A stretch of DNA of 64,000 nt from Acidobacteriota bacterium (GTDB taxonomy: Bacteria > Acidobacteriota > UBA6911), in the NCBI GenBank assembly GCA_012729555.1, contig JAAYCX010000059.1:15588-79587 (forward strand), written 5' to 3'. The notes under the pieces are model-generated. The model saw only the letters and a program-made list of their open reading frames with translations, was not told where the DNA came from and searched no databases. The position numbers and the translations under genes are program-made. This document shows, one piece after another, positions 61,601-64,000 of the stretch (within the stretch, counting starts at the first letter, position 1; each line of letters starts with the position of its first letter).

Positions 61601-64000
61601 ATGAAGCTCCCCCTCCCCGCTTTGTTCCAGGTCGAGACGCCTTCCATACGAGTCGGGGAAACGGCGCGCGTGCTGGTCCACTCCGGGCTCGACGATCAGA
61701 CGGCCGTTTTCGAAATCTACCGGGATCGGAAACGCATCCGGAGGCAGGAGGTCCGCTCCGGCATCGATTCCTCGCTGGTGGAAATCCCGATCACGGAAGC
61801 GGACCGCGGGGGCCTCGCCGTCGTCATGACGATTGTCCGCGACCACCAGTTCCTCCGTTTCGAGCAATCCCTGCTCGTTCCCTGGGACAACAAGGAACTG
61901 AAAGTGGAATTCTCAACCTTCCGCGACCGGCTCCGTCCCGGGCGGCAGGAGAAATGGAGCGTCAGGGTCTCCGGTCCCGCGGGAGCGGAGGTCGCCGTGC
62001 CGGCGGCCGAACTGCTGGCGTACATGTACGACCGCAGCCTCGACGCGTTCGGGCCCCATTCGACACCCGATCCCCTGTCACTCTACCCTTACCGGGCGCG
62101 TGCCCTCCACCCGCGCGCCAATCTCGGTCAGGCGAATCAGCAATGGATCGACAGCAGGGGCTTCAGCCGGGGGCCTTTGCCGCCGACTTTTGCGGGAGAC
62201 GTTCTCGAGCTCTACGACGGATACGGCATCGGCGGACCGGGCAGGAGGATGATGTCTGGCAGTTTTGCCGGCATTGCTGCAGAGCAAATTAACGTTCAGC
62301 GCGACCGGATCACCGCTAATGAGATTCGCTACAATTCCGGCATAGTCACTCCGATGGCCCTCAATCCCGAAGCGATCGGCGAATTCAAGATGGTGCTGGA
62401 ACCGGTGGATGCCGAGATGGCCCGGGGAGACCGGCAGGAAAACGGAACGCCAGCCGCCGTCGAACTGCGCAGCAATTTCAGCGAGACCGCCTTCTGGGAG
62501 CCGCACCTGCTCAACGGCCCGGACGGCTCGGTCACCTTCGAATTCAAGGTCCCCGATTCCGTCACCTCCTGGAACGTCTGGGTGCACGCCATCACCCGCG
62601 ACCTGCAGTCGGGCTCGGTCACGCGCGAAGCCAGGAGCGTCAAGGAACTGATGGTGCGCCCCTACCTGCCGCGCTTTCTGCGCGAGGGGGACCTGGCCGA
62701 AATCAAGGTCGTCGTCAACAACGCGTCCGACCGGGAACTGACCGGGACGCTCGCGTTCGACATCATCGACCCCGATACGGACCGGAGCCTCCTCGAACGG
62801 TTCGGGCTGGGTGAGGCCGGGGCGGGGGAAAAGCCCTTCACCGCCCCCGCGGGGGGAGGGACGAACCTCACCTTCCCGATCCGGACCCCTGCGAAGGTCG
62901 GACCGATCGCCTTCAAAGTCACCGCGACTTCGGGCGACTTCTCCGATGGCGAACTGCGGCCGCTCTCGGTCCTGCCGGGACGGGTGCACCTCGCGCAGTC
63001 GCGCTTCGCCGCGCTGCGGGAGCCGGGGGAGCGCATCCTCCGCTTCGAGGACCTGGCACGCGACGACGACCCGACGCGGATCGACGAGCGGATGGTGGTG
63101 ACGCTCGACTCGCAGCTCTTCTATTCGGTCCTTTCGGCCCTTCCCTACCTCGTGAACTACCCCTACGAATGCACCGAGCAGACGCTCAACCGCTTCGTCT
63201 CGACCGGCATCCTCACCTCGCTCTACGGCCGGTACCCCGCCGTGGAAAAGATGGCGCGGGAGTTTTCCTCGCGGCAGACGCAGCTGGAGCAGTGGGACGC
63301 GGAAGATCCCAACCGGAAGATGGCGCTCGAGGAGACGCCGTGGCTCCAGGAGGCAAAGGGGGGGGAAGCCGGCCCCTCCGACCTCATCAACGTACTCGAC
63401 TCGCGCATCGCGAGAGAAGAGCGCCGATCGGCGCTGGCGAAACTCGGCCAGGCGCAGACCTCGAGCGGCGGTTTCCCCTGGTTCTCCGGCGGCGCCCCGT
63501 CCCCCTACATGACGCTCTACACCCTCTACGGCCTGTCCAAGGCGCGGGAATTCGGCGTCGAGGTGCCCCGCGACATGGTGCTCGCGGCCTGGAATTACCT
63601 GCACCGGCACTATCTCGACGACGTCGTCCGCGAGATGACCAGGGACGACGCCGGCTGGGAATTGGTCACTTTCGTCAACTACGTCCTGTCGAACTATCCC
63701 GACCCTTCCTGGTATGAGAACACCTTCACTCCCGCCGACCGCAAGACGATGCTGGAGTTCGGATTCAGGCACTGGACGAGGCACAGCCCTTACCTGAAGG
63801 GGCATCTCGCCCTCACGCTCAAGCGCATGGGGCGGCCCGAGGACGCCCGCCTGGTGTGGGAGAGCGTGATCGATTCCGCCCGGACAACCGAAGACCAGGG
63901 CACCTTCTGGGCGCCCGAAGAGCGCGCCTGGCTCTGGTACAACGACACGATCGAGACCCACGCCTTCGCCCTCCGGACCGCCATGGAGCTGACCCCCGCC
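58700..64000 (+). CDS. bacterial alpha-2-macroglobulin family protein with CxEQ thioester motif (3' end beyond the window)
   Basis: Absent from the ORF track because it is open at the window end. My translation from ATG 58700 (GGAGG 10 nt upstream) stays open for 1767 codons to 64000. It starts with a signal peptide (MIQTRYRIALLVSLFIVLSMGFMAGQ) and a helical N-terminal region. MG-type beta-sandwich domains follow (VRVEEYKRPTFE, ETAFWEPHLL). The thioester block is VNYPYECTEQTLNRF (CTEQ at 63170..63181), followed by SSGGFPWF. Confidence 0.85.
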   Translation, partial: MIQTRYRIALLVSLFIVLSMGFMAGQTSPQAPEAQAAEWDGDFMKGWQSHDRLVKEQKYEAAASLVERMLEKARGAKDNTEWTRCLVRVTRLRIALAGHETAVRFLKEQPWPEDLAGSSILNLYYAHALTDYARTHSWEINKREKLETSGVADLEVWTREQIYQEVEKALEAVWQVRDRLEKPVDEWKEFLTPNTYPRGVRPTLRDAVSYLRVHNLADTNGWRPDELNEIFRLDLESLIAGDADGISLVDPARHPLEKIGAVLADLENRHAQKGEPEAALEARLERCRHLHRHFTEAEDQKRIQEDLEHRLEGYRGVPWWAEGMAQLAEFIRGGSEPDSMNRARERAIRGRSAFPDSPGGKHCLAIEHQIEAPEFTLAGMQNDNFLKKSLLVTHKNLEKVHFRAYAVDLLQAVETSDDYNLLPSGRELEKWMTGNAPVRQWETPLPATPDYRMHKTFVTPPLERAGTYLIVASARPDFGKNDNRIAGLYLTIGDLVMVTRHEGTGAEVTVLSGASGKGVANAEVMLYQFGYNQRHRRAETRLTDARGLVEFRTAQQNVQYFLVARKGDQVAFDPQQLYTYRQGRRPDTSSTLLFTDRSIYRPLQKMFWKAVLYRGDGTRFETSPGSTVTVTLRDINGEEVNSRTVTINGFGTASGEFTIPPGRALGEWRITSSAGGETPVRVEEYKRPTFEAKMLDPEEPLRLNQTALLKGEAKYYFGLPVTGGQVRWLVRREPVFPWWWRYGGWGAFASPRSQVVASGSTALDQDGTFSIGFTPGIDERLGKNRDVSYRYSVEADVTDEGGETRSTARSFRLGFVSVEASAIMDKAFFLETDPVGITLRRASLDGTPKAGQGSWRIVSLTGPERALLPAEQPLFVPGEVQANRGYQTPGDLERERWNPGYDTEAVLLGWAEGAVRASGTVIHSENGEGKISAGRLAPGAYRLVYATADDFGAKCELRENFIVAAPSMKLPLPALFQVETPSIRVGETARVLVHSGLDDQTAVFEIYRDRKRIRRQEVRSGIDSSLVEIPITEADRGGLAVVMTIVRDHQFLRFEQSLLVPWDNKELKVEFSTFRDRLRPGRQEKWSVRVSGPAGAEVAVPAAELLAYMYDRSLDAFGPHSTPDPLSLYPYRARALHPRANLGQANQQWIDSRGFSRGPLPPTFAGDVLELYDGYGIGGPGRRMMSGSFAGIAAEQINVQRDRITANEIRYNSGIVTPMALNPEAIGEFKMVLEPVDAEMARGDRQENGTPAAVELRSNFSETAFWEPHLLNGPDGSVTFEFKVPDSVTSWNVWVHAITRDLQSGSVTREARSVKELMVRPYLPRFLREGDLAEIKVVVNNASDRELTGTLAFDIIDPDTDRSLLERFGLGEAGAGEKPFTAPAGGGTNLTFPIRTPAKVGPIAFKVTATSGDFSDGELRPLSVLPGRVHLAQSRFAALREPGERILRFEDLARDDDPTRIDERMVVTLDSQLFYSVLSALPYLVNYPYECTEQTLNRFVSTGILTSLYGRYPAVEKMAREFSSRQTQLEQWDAEDPNRKMALEETPWLQEAKGGEAGPSDLINVLDSRIAREERRSALAKLGQAQTSSGGFPWFSGGAPSPYMTLYTLYGLSKAREFGVEVPRDMVLAAWNYLHRHYLDDVVREMTRDDAGWELVTFVNYVLSNYPDPSWYENTFTPADRKTMLEFGFRHWTRHSPYLKGHLALTLKRMGRPEDARLVWESVIDSARTTEDQGTFWAPEERAWLWYNDTIETHAFALRTAMELTPA

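Noticed and set aside
58781-63961. 1028-aa (58781..61867) and 627-aa (62078..63961) minus-strand ORFs antisense to the alpha-2-macroglobulin gene
   Set aside because: The plus-strand frame is open for the entire 5.3 kb and carries a signal peptide, MG-domain landmarks and the CTEQ thioester. The antisense ORFs are R/G/P/E-rich artefacts.
1-64000. rRNA, tRNA or other structured RNA genes and riboswitches in intergenic regions
   Set aside because: No intergenic region is long or conserved-looking enough. I recognised no tRNA cloverleaf termini or known riboswitch cores by eye. A proper tRNAscan-SE or Infernal run would be needed to exclude small RNAs.

Overview
A 64 kb, very G+C-rich bacterial chromosomal segment, densely coding, with about 51 protein genes. 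I found no rRNA, tRNA, CRISPR array, transposase or integrase. The gene content suggests an Acidobacteriota-like organism, but that is inference only: a PEP-CTERM protein, tandem MacB/FtsX-type permeases with no adjacent ATPase, a BlaI/BlaR1(M56) pair fused to TonB-C modules, CarboxypepD_reg-repeat proteins and two ECF sigma/anti-sigma pairs. Because of the G+C content, the ORF track holds many long R/G/P/A-rich antisense or off-frame ORFs. I rejected these, and I moved many start codons downstream to ATG/GTG codons preceded by Shine-Dalgarno motifs. Two real genes are missing from the track because they run off the window edges: a secreted alpha/beta hydrolase (1..1136, minus) and a large alpha-2-macroglobulin (58700..64000, plus).

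Main blocks:
- 1-6.2 kb: Mo-bisPGD oxidoreductase, family III CoA-transferase, and a deoxyhypusine-synthase-like protein.
- 8.0-12.6 kb: a translationally coupled cassette of LbH acyltransferase, BKACE, PLP decarboxylase, ATP-grasp and an Hsp33-like protein.
- 16.6-24 kb: a lower-G+C surface-protein region with a 1458-aa repeat-rich autotransporter, a GNAT-GrpB fusion, a PEP-CTERM protein and a REP-like repeat family.
- 24-28 kb: a stress-type operon divergent from an ECF sigma operon.
- 31.5-35.4 kb: a second ECF sigma/anti-sigma pair with a palindromic sigmaW-like divergent promoter, next to an ABC transporter.
- 36.8-42.4 kb: a tight operon of AOR-family oxidoreductase, ATP-grasp-like protein, miaA and aldehyde dehydrogenase.
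- 51-64 kb: an envelope region with orphan MacB-like permeases, a secreted protein whose predicted mature N-terminus is Cys-Thr-Cys with TIMP/NTR-like landmarks, BlaI/BlaR1-TonB, a eukaryote-type cyclophilin A and a thioester-containing alpha-2-macroglobulin.

The best candidate for something undescribed is the TIMP-like protein and its protease-sensor and protease-inhibitor neighbourhood. All family calls come from motif recognition by eye, not from database searches.
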